Both the position numbers and the translations under genes were made by a program. The notes beneath the pieces were generated by a model, which saw only the letters and a list, made by a program, of their open reading frames with translations, did not search any database and had not been told where the DNA came from. Shown here piece by piece: positions 16,486 through 32,109 of a stretch of 64,000 nt of DNA (positions within the stretch are counted from its first letter, which is position 1; every line of letters starts with the position of its first letter). The stretch lies in the NCBI RefSeq assembly GCF_009914755.1, contig NC_060948.1. One strand, 5' to 3'. Origin of the DNA: the human T2T-CHM13v2.0 reference genome, Homo sapiens.

Positions 16486-17071
16486 TGTAAACCAAAAGTA
16501 TCTGAGACAGGTCCCCATCAATTTAGAAAGTTTACTTTGCCAAGGTTACGGTCACACCCATAACACAACCTCAGGAGGTCCTGGAAACATGTGCCCAAGG
16601 TAGTTGGGGTACAGCTTGGTTTTATACATTTTAGAGAGACATGAGACATCAGTAAATACATGTAAGATGTAAATTGGTTTTGTCTGTAAGAGCAGGACAA
16701 TTCAAAGCTAGGGCTTCTAGGTCATAGGTAGATTTAAAAATTTCTGATTGGCAAATTGTTGACAGAGTTATTATCAATAGGAAGGAAAGTCTAGGTTACA
16801 ATAACAAGATGTAGAGACCAAGGTTTGTCATGCATATGAAGCGCCCGGTAGCCAGCTTCAGAGGAAATAGATTATAAATATTTCTTATCAGACTTAAAGA
16901 GTCTGTTCTATCAGTAATTCCAAAAGGGAGAAGGGTGTAATAAGGTATGTTCAGTTCCCCTTTCCCGTTGTGGCCTGAACTAGTTTTTTTGATTAACTTT
17001 GGAGTGCTCTTGCTTAGAGGAGAGTTCCATTCAGATGGTTAGGGGGTTTATAATTTTATTTTTTGCTTACA
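16486..17071 (-). mobile_element. MER4 (B/D/E-type) 3' LTR
   Basis: tgtaaaccaaaagtatctgagacagg...ttttgcttaca, TG/CA termini, adjacent to the PPT. Confidence 0.85.
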
Positions 17072-17269
17072 TTCTCCTCCTTCTGACCAAGATTAGTCTG
17101 AGGCAACATCAATGACCACCAAACTTTTATTTTGTCCCATAGTATTGCCAGGATGGCATGGCTGCCTGCCCCAGTTTCATCCTGTCCTTTGCTGGGACCC
17201 TCTATGACCAACAGACTCAGAGACAAAAGACTTATGACCAATTAAATATTCTTGACCAGGGAGAAACTG

Positions 17270-17410
17270 ATGTAGACAAGTATTCATCACCCTTTAAAAT
17301 TTGTAAAGTAATATAAAAGCCAACAAACAAAAAGCCAAATATTGGATGTGGACAGGCATTTATTACCCTTTAATATTCTTAAAGTAATATAAATGCCAAC
17401 AAACAAAAGG
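17270..17410. repeat. Diverged ~77-bp tandem duplication in ERV internal region
   Basis: tgtagacaagtattcatcacccctttaaaat...aaagtaatataaaagccaacaaacaaaa repeated as tgtggacaggcatttattaccctttaatat...aaagtaatataaatgccaacaaacaaaa. Confidence 0.8.
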
Positions 17411-18857
17411 GTATAGTACAGGTTACAAAATTCAGTTTATGTATCTTTAACTTCTATGTATAGAGCTACTGTAATCTTGGTTTTAATTACAGACTTATAA
17501 CAATTAGCTATATAAAACGTAAGCATTGTTAAAACCATTTAAGCTAAGGAATTCAGGGACTTCTTTTGTGCTGCAATGCTTTTTGTGCTTTTTTGATAAT
17601 TTGTCCTATGGCGGCTGATCAATTAATTATATATATATATATCTGCATATATTGCATAACTAGGAGAATTATACCCACAAGGCTTTGTCACGAGGTATCT
17701 TTATTTCCTCTCAGTAATAATTTTCTTTTAATTCTATAGGGAACAGAAAATTTTTTATGAATGGATTGGATGGAATGGTGCCACGTATGTAATAACCCAG
17801 GTGGCCATGTCCCTTATTTTACCAGTTGTTTAGCACCTCCTTTATTTGGACGGTCTAATCTAATTATAAACCTCAAAACTGGCCATTAGAATCTCATATA
17901 CCCACCTCTTCACTGGGCCAAAATGGTGGGTGCTAGTATAGTTTCAGCAGCAGGGCATTTGCAGTGATAAACAGATCAGGCCCAGTGGGATTCCAAATGT
18001 GGGAAATATGCAGCCTTTGAAAAACCATCTCTAGTCTTCCTAATACTGTGATTCTGGTTTTCTCAGAAGTAAAATTACAATACATGAATAATATTAATAA
18101 TTTGATAATTAAAAGATAATGTGTGTGCCAGAACATAAGGAATCTATTCCATTAGGGTGCCAACTAAAAACATGAGGAAAATTATAACCTATTGCTCTTT
18201 TTGATGATTATTGTAGCCAAGAAATAATTAATGATTTAATCTGAACTCAAAAATAAAAGTCAGAGCTTGAACTTAGTAATGGGCATTTTAGTTCTCTTTA
18301 AAACAATTTCTCTTTTTTTCTAGCCTTCCCTTTCTATTAAACAGAGATTATAGTAAGACGAATTTGTGTGTAAAGTAAGTTTTAGGTTTATTATACTTGG
18401 CTTGATTATTCACACAAAGTGCATCAAGAATTGATTGGCTGTACAGATTCTTTTCAAGTTGGCTTTCTGTAACTTTACCTGAAAATATGTCATTCAAGTC
18501 AAAGCCTTGGTAAAATAATCAGTGTCTCCAATTGTGTCTTGTTTCAAAAGAAAAGATGCTTACTAAACTTAGGCAAATAGCTATATTACCATAAAATCAG
18601 AATATTGACAAATAGCTTTTAGATTTGGGATAATACAGATGGAGAGAAAGGTAAAATTTGCTCACTAAAACATACTTTATCTAATTGCTCTAAACTATAA
18701 GTAACTCAAAGGAAAAATATTTTCTTAATTATTCTTTAACAAGAACAGTAGATTCCAAACAGGATTTGTTTGCTTACTTTGGAACTGCCATTGAAGAGCC
18801 ATGCATGCAGTTCTTGTCAAATAAAAGCTGTTTATCAGGCACGGTAGAATCTAGCAA

Positions 18858-19585
18858 TGTTAACAGCCACAAATCCATATAGGTCTACAGCAACGTCAGT
18901 TCTTGCCTCCTCAACAGAAATAGTTCAACCAGGGGGCATAAGGCACAGGGATAGACTGTGGTGAGTTTTAGAGCAGGGATGAATGTTTATTAAAAAGTTT
19001 TAGAGCAGAAACAAAAGGGAGTTAAAATACACTTAAAAGAGGGCCAATTGGGCAACTTGAGAGGTTTAAGTGCATAGCTTGACCTTTGACTTAGGATTTT
19101 ATATGTTGACATACTTCTATGGTCCGTTTTACTTCTTCCTTGAGTCTTGCCTTGGGGTGAGATGTCTGCTTGTACAGTGGCCTGCCAACACTTGGGATGG
19201 GCCACATGTGCAGTGTGTTTAATTAAGTTTTACACATGCTCATTTGAGATGTTTTTCCCTTAAGTCATGTGTTCCTATAGGTAGGTTATATATCAGCTAA
19301 ACTCTGCCATTTTGCTCTTAGTATGCATGTTTGAGCCCACTCACCCAAATCCTGAAATATTATTGGAAAGCTGCTGATCACCAGCTTCAGGGTTCTTTTT
19401 TTTTTTCAATCTATTGGGTGACTGCCTTTTCCATGGTGCCAGCTGCAACTAATTGTTATTTAAGAGAGACAGTTTATCAACCACCTGACCATCACCTATT
19501 GGTTGCCTGACATTCCTGGAGGTGTGTATTTGGGGTGAGGGGATCTCCTGTCCTGCTCATATCTGCCTAACAAATTACTGTAACA
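18858..19585 (-). mobile_element. Complete MER50-like LTR (3' LTR) nested in the MER4 provirus
   Basis: TGTT...AACA termini, 728 bp, homologous to 2954-3319, immediately preceded on the minus strand by the PPT gaggggggaaa (19586-19596). Confidence 0.8.
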
Positions 19586-19900
19586 TTTCCCCCCTCAAGA
19601 GTCCAATACCCCAATTCTTTGGGAAAAATTGATGAAACTCAGTATTCTATAACTGCTTCCTGCTGATGGGGATGTGGTGGTTGTTTTGTTGGTCTTGGCC
19701 TCTTGCTAGCTGTCAGGACAGGGTGGTTCCATGGGTTGGTGAAAGTTGTATCCAGCCAAGTCCAAGAGAGACAGGGGAAGGATTTTACTTCTGTTGTGTT
19801 CCACACATGGGCGTCTAGGAATCCTCTGCAAATGCAGAAAACTGGTGTGGGCACTTTAATGTTGAGGGACCAGGAGGGTCTCCCTTAGTCCATCCAACCT
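19586..19900 (-). mobile_element. PPT and env-tail remnant belonging to the MER50-like LTR
   Basis: Minus strand CAGCAGGAAGCAGTT (QQEAV), typical of the 3' end of class I ERV env, followed by the PPT. Confidence 0.55.
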
Positions 19901-21095
19901 TTGAAAGTGTTGTGAAGATGTTTGTTTTAATCTTATCTATTTCAGGTTTATTTATTACATTTTACAATAGTCATCTTAGGATTTCCACCCTGTTGGGATG
20001 AGTCCTTTGACTCCTTATTGCTGTAAAACCTATGAGGGCCAGCCAGTTTGATAAGGCTTCTCAAGTCATTGTTCACTTTACACTGTACCTTCTGATTTTA
20101 ATAGTTACTTGATTTTGCCTATCCCCTACATTGACTATCTTCTTGGTAACAACAGATCTCAGAGTTACTTATTAGTTTTTTTGCTATTACAGATAATAAC
20201 TAAGTAATTACATATTTTCTTTTTTCTTTATTAGTTTGCATTTCCTTATTCATTCAGTTAACCAACACCCTGGGAGTATGATCCATCTGTAAATTCCACT
20301 GGAAACTTTTACCGTTAGTAACTGAACACAGCCCTGCTGCAGCTCTATACTGTGGGTGACTACATCATCACCCAAGAGTCAAAGGCTTCTCATTTCTCAT
20401 TCTTTTATTTCTCATTATTCATTAGCTTTATTTACATATTTTTTCATTTACTTTAAAGCAACTCTTCAGTAACCTCTAAACTAGAAACATTATATTTTAT
20501 TTTGCAAAAACTATATTATCATGTTTTTATAACTGTAGTGAAAACATTTTACTCTTCTACTATTTTGACTCATAGAAACCCAAATTCCTAGTGGGAAATC
20601 TAGGATCACTTAATTTAACAGAACAGGACTTTAAAATTTTAAATGACTGCAGTGAATTGAGATTAAATTTGCCAAATTAATCTTACCAAAGTTTACTAGT
20701 CATATGCACTAAGAAGCTTCTGAGCTAGCTTTTATTAGTCTGATAGGCACTTATTTTTTTCAAACCAATTGATTAGAGCTCTTTTATATAATTGGTACTA
20801 AAATGTTACTTCCACATGACATATGTAAATATATAGACATAACAAACAGACAGACAGAGGCAGGTCCTATAAAAATTTTTATTTGCTGGTTTTCAGTAAT
20901 TTTTTATTACTTTAGACCATTAACTTAAAAAACATTACAGGAGCCAACAAAAGTTGAAGGGGAAATTTGCCATCCTAGGCTTTAAAAGAGAAAAAAGAGC
21001 AGAAGTAGTAGGGTTCAACTGAATAACTTCTGAGGTATCAATGTGAAGAATTTCAAAAAGAAAGAGATCATATAATTTAAAAATTAAAAACTTTT

Positions 21096-21389
21096 GGCCA
21101 TGCATGGTGGCTCATGCCTATAATCCCAGCACTTTGGGAGGCCGAGGCAGATGGATCACGAGGTCAGGAGATCAAGACCATCATGGATAACATGGTGAAA
21201 CCCTGCCTCTAATAAAAATACAAAAAATTAGCCAGATGTGGTGATGGGCGCCTGTAGTCCCAGTTACTCAGGAGACTGAGGCAGGAGAATGGCGTGGACC
21301 CTGGAGGTGGAGCTTGTAGTGAGCCAAGATTGTGCCACTGCACTCCAGCCTGGGGGACAGAGCGAGACTCCATCTCAAAAAAAAAAAAA
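21096..21389 (+). mobile_element. Alu (Y/Sc-like)
   Basis: Full Alu with poly(A); TSD aaaaattaaaaactttt on both sides. Confidence 0.95.
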
Positions 21390-21467
21390 TTAAAAACTTT
21401 TTACAATTTTATTCAGTCAATATTATAAGAAAATTTTGTTCTAACCAATTCTTTAGTTTTGTATTAG

Positions 21468-21770
<303 letters not shown>

Positions 21771-22284
21771 TGTATTAGTGTTTTTCAAATATCAAATTAT
21801 AATTTTTAGAAAGACTACTATAATATTCTATAATTATAATCAACTTAATCACAACATTTTTAGAATTTTTTACGAACTTTATTATTATCATTTGCACAGA
21901 CCATTCATGACATGCTTGGACTTTCTGGCTTGTTCTTAACGTTCCTGTCTCTTAAACAAGCAGCCATTTTATTTTAGGTCCAAATGTACTGTGCATGGTT
22001 CTTTCTCATAACCATTTTTACCTCAAATATATATTTATATCCATAAACATTTTTTACATCTCTTTTATTTTCTGGTTCCTTTTACCTTCTTTCATAAATA
22101 ACCTCTGGATAACCTATGAATTAGAAAAAACACATTTTTTACAAAAAAGTTTTTCTGCAATTTATTAAACTGGAAATTACTCAGATATTTAATAAATACC
22201 TATTATTTAATTTTATATAACTTTAGATTTTAAATTATATGAAAATTATATTTCTAGGCAATTTATTTAGATTTATGTGATTAA

Positions 22285-22600
<316 letters not shown>

Positions 22601-24232
22601 TATTTTTATTATTTTTAATAGTTTACATTATTTGTGAAAACTGTGATAGTCATCAAAGTTATTTCACTTTTAGCCCTTTTAATAGCTTATGAATTTTACG
22701 TTTTCCCAAATAAAAATTTTATGGTTAACTATATGAGTATTATGCCAATATTATACCAATAACTCATGATTTAGATGTTTTTATTAAACAAACAGTATTA
22801 TCTTATTTATTAAAAATAACACAGAGATTATTCTGTTTTATGCTGAATTTATAGTTTTATAAGCTTATGACTAATTTTGACACCTCATAACTGTCAGAAT
22901 TAAATAGAAAACCTCTTGATTCAAAAATTCTAAGAAAATACATGCTGACAATTCTTAAGACATTTCCAATATTATTTTACCAATAAGTTTAATGCCAGCT
23001 TATTCATTAAAAATTGCATTTAAGTAATGTGAACTTGAAAGGCATTTTGGATTATTTACCTGTTTTATAAGTACTCCTTTATTATAACCCGTTTGGGTAC
23101 CTTGTGGCCACAACATATAACAAAATACATGTACGTACATATAAACACATCTGAACATGCATATACATGCACAGACAGATTCTAGAGCTTTTACATCAGA
23201 AATCTAGCATGAGTTGTCAATATAAACTCACCAGTTTACAAAAAAATGGATAGATACAAATGACGTTTTTTGTTTGTTTTTCACTTCAGCACTAGTAGAA
23301 AAGTAACAGCAAATGTAAAGTAGGCAGAAAATAAAACATAGAAATAAACAGAGAACTTAGGAACTTTACCATTGCAAATCAACCTTTGGGCTCTGAGCTT
23401 CCCTTCATGTAATTTGCCCAGCAGTTTAAAATGTGCACAAGAACAGACCAAATGGGTAACCAGCCGGATTACTAGAAAACCTGGCATACTCTTTTATTTA
23501 CACAAACACTTGCAAGTAAAGGCACCATAAAACCAAAAGGGGTGCTTGAAAAAGGGTCTTTCTCTTTGTCTTTCCTCATTCTTTGATTTGTTTCCCCAAT
23601 TTTTTCTTAAAATGTGGAACTGAGCTTTGGCTTAGGGTTCTTAGTGTGGTGGATCGAAGTGTGCTAATTGTTAGTAGGACTCCACGGTGCCACCACTGAA
23701 TTGTTTACACCCTCTTAGATGTCTCAGCTTCTCTCTCTAGAGGTCTATCACCTATGAAAGGGTTCAAAACACTGATTAATCAGCTCTTATATGCCTTTCC
23801 TGGATGACCCTTTTTAAACTAATTTTGTTGGGGAATCCCTATATAGCCACCATACAATTTAGGAAGTCAACCCCCAGACACTTCCAATCAGCATTTAGTC
23901 ACCCAAGGGTGCCTTTTGGCTGGGAGGAGCAAAATGCTTGTTTGCTTTGGAGCTAAGGAGCTCAATATATGATTTATCTATGAGAATGACAGTTCACTTC
24001 CTTATGCAAATTCACAGACAAGCTGATTGAAATTAATCTGGGGAGATATGGCAATGGAGGAGACTCTTTGGAATGCACTACTAAACTATAATTTGGATCC
24101 TAAACATCTTCCTAGGAAGAAAATTAAAAATAATAATAAATGAATAAAAGCTAAGACCACTTCATGTAAACTTTCCTCAGCCCTCAGCCACTTCTAACAT
24201 TGTAGCTCAGAATCTCTTTTTGGTTACCAATT

Positions 24233-24773
24233 TGTAAACCAAAGTACCTGAGGTAGGTCTCAATAAATTTAGAAAGTTTATTTTGCCAAGGTTAAGAACA
24301 CACCCATGATATAGCCTCAGAAGTTCCCTACAACATGTATCCAGGGTGGTCAGGGTACAGCATGGTTTTACGTATTTTAGAGAGACATGAGACATCATTC
24401 AATACATGTAAAATGTACATTGCTTCAGTCTGGGAAGATGGGACCACTAGAAGGGAAGCTTCCAGGTAATAGGCAGATTTAAAGATTTTCTAATTGGCAA
24501 TAAGTTGGAAGAATTATTATCAATATAAAGGAATGTCTGGGTTACAATAAGGGGTTGTGTAGACCAAGGTTTTATCATGCACATGAAGTCTCCAGGTAGC
24601 AGTCTTCAGAGAGAATAAATTATAAATTTTTTGTCCGACTTAAAGAGTCTTCTCTATCAGTAATTCCAAAAAGGAGGAGGGTATAATTAGGAATGTCCAT
24701 CACCCTCTTTGTATCATGGACTTAACTAGTTTCTCAGGTTAACTTTGGAATACCCTTGCCAAGAGGAAGGGTC
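24233..24773 (-). mobile_element. MER4 5' LTR (about 45 bp of its outer end missing)
   Basis: Colinear with 16486-17071 until gaggaagggtc, where MLT2A begins. Confidence 0.85.
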
Positions 24774-25013
24774 TGTGTTGGTCAGCGTTCTCTAGAGGAA
24801 CAGAACTAATAGGATATATATATTAGTTTATATAAACAAATATATAAACTAACAAATATATAAACAAAAAGCGGAGTTTATCAAGGAGTATTGACTCACA
24901 TGATCACAAGGTGAAGTCTCACGGTGGGCCATCTGCAAGCTGAAGAACAAGGAAATCAATCTGATTCCAAAACCTCAAAAGTACGGAAGCCAACAATGCA
25001 GTCTTCACTCTGG
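24774..25013 (-). mobile_element. MLT2A (HERV-L LTR) fragment
   Basis: tgtgttggtcagcgttctctagaggaacagaactaataggatatata...tgatcacaaggtgaagtc...aaaacctcaaaagta; truncated. Confidence 0.85.
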
Positions 25014-25014
25014 G

Positions 25015-25690
25015 AAGAGGAAGGCACAAGCTTCAGAATACAGGGAATGTTACAGAGGAAAAGTGAAATCCCACAATGACCATAGTGCAACAGGCCCAGA
25101 AACAACAGTATAGATTGATTTAGAAAGAAGAAGAGCAGAATAAATTATATCTCTTTGAAATAAAGTTTCAATTCATATTATATAATGTTTTGGTGGTTTG
25201 GAACACAATAGTAACAGAAATTTTACAGAATTGATTGATCATGTTTGAAAACAGTGGAAACAAATGAACACAATCAGGGCAGCTATTAACCAAAGAAAAT
25301 ACAAAACCTTTTACAGGAAAAAGAATGTAAGAATTGTGAAATACTTGCCTCAGTAAACATTACATTTTTTAAAATTGTGGTATCAGTATATTGGGAGCAT
25401 AAATATTAGTGGGGGGAGACACTTGAGAATAATGTCTTTATCAAAGAAATGAGAAGTTAATAGAGGGTATTGAAAATTGATAAACCAAGAAATAGCAGTG
25501 TGTAGGTATTTAAATAAAAGCAAACATCAAGTGAAATAGCTATATTTGATGAAAATAATCAACTCCGGGAAAAAGAAACAAGCATTGCGTATAGGTGACA
25601 TTGTATACTGATGTTTTTAGGTATAGGACTTATAGTAGTATTTGATATCTTAATTTTATCTCTATAATATTTTGATTAAAATATTAATGA
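25015..25690 (+). mobile_element. HAL1 or old LINE relic (3' part)
   Basis: aaatcccacaatgaccatagtgcaacaggcccagaaacaacagtatagattg resembles the HAL1 motif after ORF1. Confidence 0.45.
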
Positions 25691-26264
25691 ATGAATGAAT
25701 TAGAAAACTTGCTATTTGAAAGATAGAAAAAAACAATTTGAAAAAATACATAGGAGAAAAGACTCATCAATTCACATATGACCATAAATTGCTCTTCTAA
25801 GAACCAAGAAGTTATCTTTATAGCTAGTCTCCATCCCACGTGCTGCAACGATGAAAGTGTTTTTAGACCCTGAGGAAGAAGCCCATTTGTCTCTGCTTAA
25901 ATACTGTCAGTAATATGACATTTTATCTTAGACTCACTTGTATGGGGGTTATTGATCTCTAATTGGAGCTGTGCCACTGTGAGAAAATTCCTATTATTTT
26001 AATGTCCAATGATTCCAGGATAATGGAAAAATAGCATCCTTCATTTGTCCTTAATGTATAAATGAGACATATAAATGTACCACAACCTCTTTAAAGGCTT
26101 TCAAGATTCTCATCTTTTCTCTCAACCGTCACCATCACTTTCTATTCTCCTTATTCCTGTTATGCCCAGAGAGTAAAATTAGAAAGTGTTCTATTTCTCC
26201 TTGACTATGTTTTATTTGCCCTATATCTCTACCCATTCATTAATAAGATTAATAAAGATATGTA

Positions 26265-26553
26265 GACAGCCCACTTTTCTAGAGAGGTCTACTCTGACCA
26301 TACTATTTAATATTGTAAACTTCACTCTACTTAATATTATCTCCACTGTCTCTCCATACCTCTTACCCTGCTCCATATTTTTCCTAGCACTTAATGCTTT
26401 GATTATTTTATTTATTGAAACTCTCTAGACAATAGGACATGTTTTCTGTGACAGCAGGGATTTTGTCCATTTTGATTGCTAATGGAGTTTCAGTGCTTAC
26501 AAAAAATACCTGTCATACATACAATCCTCAACAAATACTTTTGAATGAATAAG
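26265..26553 (+). mobile_element. L2 3' end
   Basis: tctagagaggtctactctgacc...gacagcagggattttgtc...ctcaacaaatacttttgaatgaat. Confidence 0.7.
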
Positions 26554-27057
26554 TGTCACATTGTTGGTTTTTTGTACTGATGAGGAATGTTTATAGACAG
26601 AAGACAGAGAGTATTCTTGGTGACCTTAGGCAAACTTCTTAGCATGTCAAGGCCTCTATTAATCTGTAAAGTCTTCTATACAGTCAAACCACATTCATCT
26701 TGTGCTCCACCTGTTGGCAGCATATTAAATTTAGAAACATAAGACTAAGAGAAGGCTGAAGTGTCTGAGGCACATGATCTAATGAAGAAAACAAATATAT
26801 TCAAAAATCATTACCACACAAAGTAATATATAATGGCTCAGAAAAGACCGTAGTTAGTTGGCTGATAATATTTCTAAAATATATTTTTTGAAATATTCTC
26901 TGGTAGTATTTACAATTGTGTGGATCGAGAAAGGGAAGGAGGGGGAAAAGAAAGGAGAAAAAAAGAGAGAGCAATTAAGAGGTAAATTACTTTTGAGATT
27001 GGATTTTTAAACATTAATATGGCGTGTTACATTTATAAAAAAACCCCAAAGATGTCC

Positions 27058-27284
27058 CTGGGTAGGAAGAATAATGGTCCCCCAAATATTTCCAAGTCCT
27101 CAACTCTAGAACTTATAAATGTTATATTTTATGGGAAAAAATAAGGTTACAGATGGAGTTAAGTCTGCTAATCAGTTGGCCTTAAAAAAGATTATCTGGA
27201 ATTAACTGGATAGGTACAACGTAATCACAAGGATGCTTAAAAGTGAAAGAGAAAAGCAGAAAACAAGGTCCGAGTGGTACAATG

Positions 27285-27315
<31 letters not shown>

Positions 27316-27575
27316 GAGTTGTATCTGGCTTTGAAGATGGATGGAGGCCATGAGTAAAATAAATTGGGTAGCCTCTAGATGTTGGGAAGGGCAAGAAAAT
27401 AGATTGTCTTCTAAAGATACCAGAAAGGAACATAGCCCTGTTGACACCTTAATTTTAGCCCAGTGATACTCATTTCAGACATCTGACTTCCAAAACTATA
27501 AAATCATAAATTTATGTTGTTTTAACCTACTAAGTGTATGGTAACTTGTTATAGTTAGAAATCAAAAACTAACAT
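27058..27575 (+). mobile_element. MLT1D-type MaLR solo LTR
   Basis: ggtaggaagaataatggtccccca...ggctttgaagatgga...ccctgttgacaccttaattttagcccagtga...aaactaaca. Confidence 0.8.
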
Positions 27576-28199
27576 AATTTCTATCTTTTGTATTCAAAAG
27601 ATAAACACTTAAGATAGATCCCTAAAAATTATGAAACCAATATTTTAGGTTCCCTGACATTTGTGGTATAGAAAGACATCAATGAACAATTTGTATTTGT
27701 TGTTCCTTTTCTTAAATGTCATTACACCATATGTATTAACACCTTTCAGTTAAGAGAATGATATTTTATATCTTCCTCACTGCTGACTTATTTGACAATG
27801 CTATTCTTAATGTGTTTATAATTTCTGAAGATATTAAAGTATAACCACATCCTGTTTATGTGGCACTGTAGAGAAATTGGCCTTCCAAATTAGTGGATTT
27901 TCTAAATAAACTCAATCACTTTTGGGTGGTGTGTGTGAGCATGCTTGTGTGATTAAATTATAATATTAAAATTTTTCTCACTTTTATACTTTTTGAAGCA
28001 GATAAATTAGTGTATGTAACAACATTTTTTATGAATATGAGTCATTATTCTGAACATAAATTATATGCCATGCTAAAATACTCCCACATGTTGTTATTTT
28101 CAGGCTCTATTAAAAGACATAGAGTAATTCATGTCTTTTCAAAATAGTTGTAACTAGTTAATATATTATTCTGAGCACATTTTCTAACAATTATTCTAT

Positions 28200-28750
28200 C
28201 AGAAAAAGGTATAACAGAGTGGACGAGAAACAAGAACAAAGGCACTAAGATAATTAAATTGAGTGTAGCAGTAAATTGAACACGCAAGAATTATTGCATG
28301 AACAAAGTTAGTGACCATGAAAATGGAGAGCAAATGATTGATTTAAGACATGGAAAGAAAATATTGAAAAGAATTTGAAGCTTCATTGGGAGTAACAGAA
28401 AATGATACATTGAGGATAACTTATACAATTCATCTCTGAGTAACATTGTGGATGTTGGTAACCACCGTAATATGGAATATGAAAAGAGGAGCAAATTTTT
28501 ATGAAAGTATGAAGGTTTCATAAAGGGATATTCTGAATTTGAGACGCCAGAGAGACAACCAACTAAAGATTCACTACAGAAGTTGGATATTTGGAGCTAA
28601 GTGTAATAAACAATATGTTTAGATTAACATGATAAATGATAAGGCATTGGTGTAAATTAAACTATAGTATAAGAAGAAGGCTAAGAATAAAGTTACGGGG
28701 CACAAAACATCTAATTTTGGGTTTAGAAGAGCTTAAGAGTTAAAATCTAT
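28200..28750 (-). mobile_element. L2 relic (probably continues at about 31960-32100)
   Basis: tgaatttgagacgccagagagacaacc...gaagttggatatttggagct...aagaagaaggctaagaataaag. Confidence 0.45.
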
Positions 28751-28758
28751 AAATGATA

Positions 28759-31475
<2,717 letters not shown>

Positions 31476-31955
31476 GGGTCTGAGATTTTATTCTACCTAA
31501 CAAGCTAACAAAGTCAGCCAGTTTTATGAATGCTCTCAGAATCTGTGACACTTCTGATACAGAGGCACAGAACTATATTGCTCATGACAATAGCTATAGC
31601 CAGAGCATGAGCATTGGCATCAGTTATCCCACCCCTAGTTCTCATATAGCCATATGACATTTGCCAGATGATACTTGCACATATAGTGGGTTCATTATGG
31701 GAGAACAATTGTGAGTTTAGGAGACCTCAGTATTGTACTATGACCCATAAGCATGTCCGTCTAATGCTCTTAAGGGAGAACATATATCTTCCAATGCTTT
31801 AAGAAAAGATACTCTTTGCTCCAAAGGGAAACACTATATCTTCAAAGGTTTTTACCACACATTTTTTGAAAGGTAGAATGGAACAAAGGCAGTAATTCCT
31901 GTACTCATAAGATAGACAGAAACATGTGATACCCATAGGACATAATCTCCCAACA
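31476..31955 (-). mobile_element. Old ERVL-type solo LTR (LTR40-like)
   Basis: gggtctgagattttattctacctaacaagctaacaa...cataatctcccaaca; minus strand begins TGTTGGGAGA. Confidence 0.6.
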
Positions 31956-32109
31956 AAGAGAAATACTATCAAGGAATGATCATCAAGATTGAAAAAAACA
32001 GGAGGGAAGAAAAATATGGAAAATGAAGTGGAAAGAGTCTTCTGAGAGTGAGTTAACAGCAGTAAATCTTGACAGAAATTTCAAGTAGAATGTGAATTAT
32101 AAACAATCT

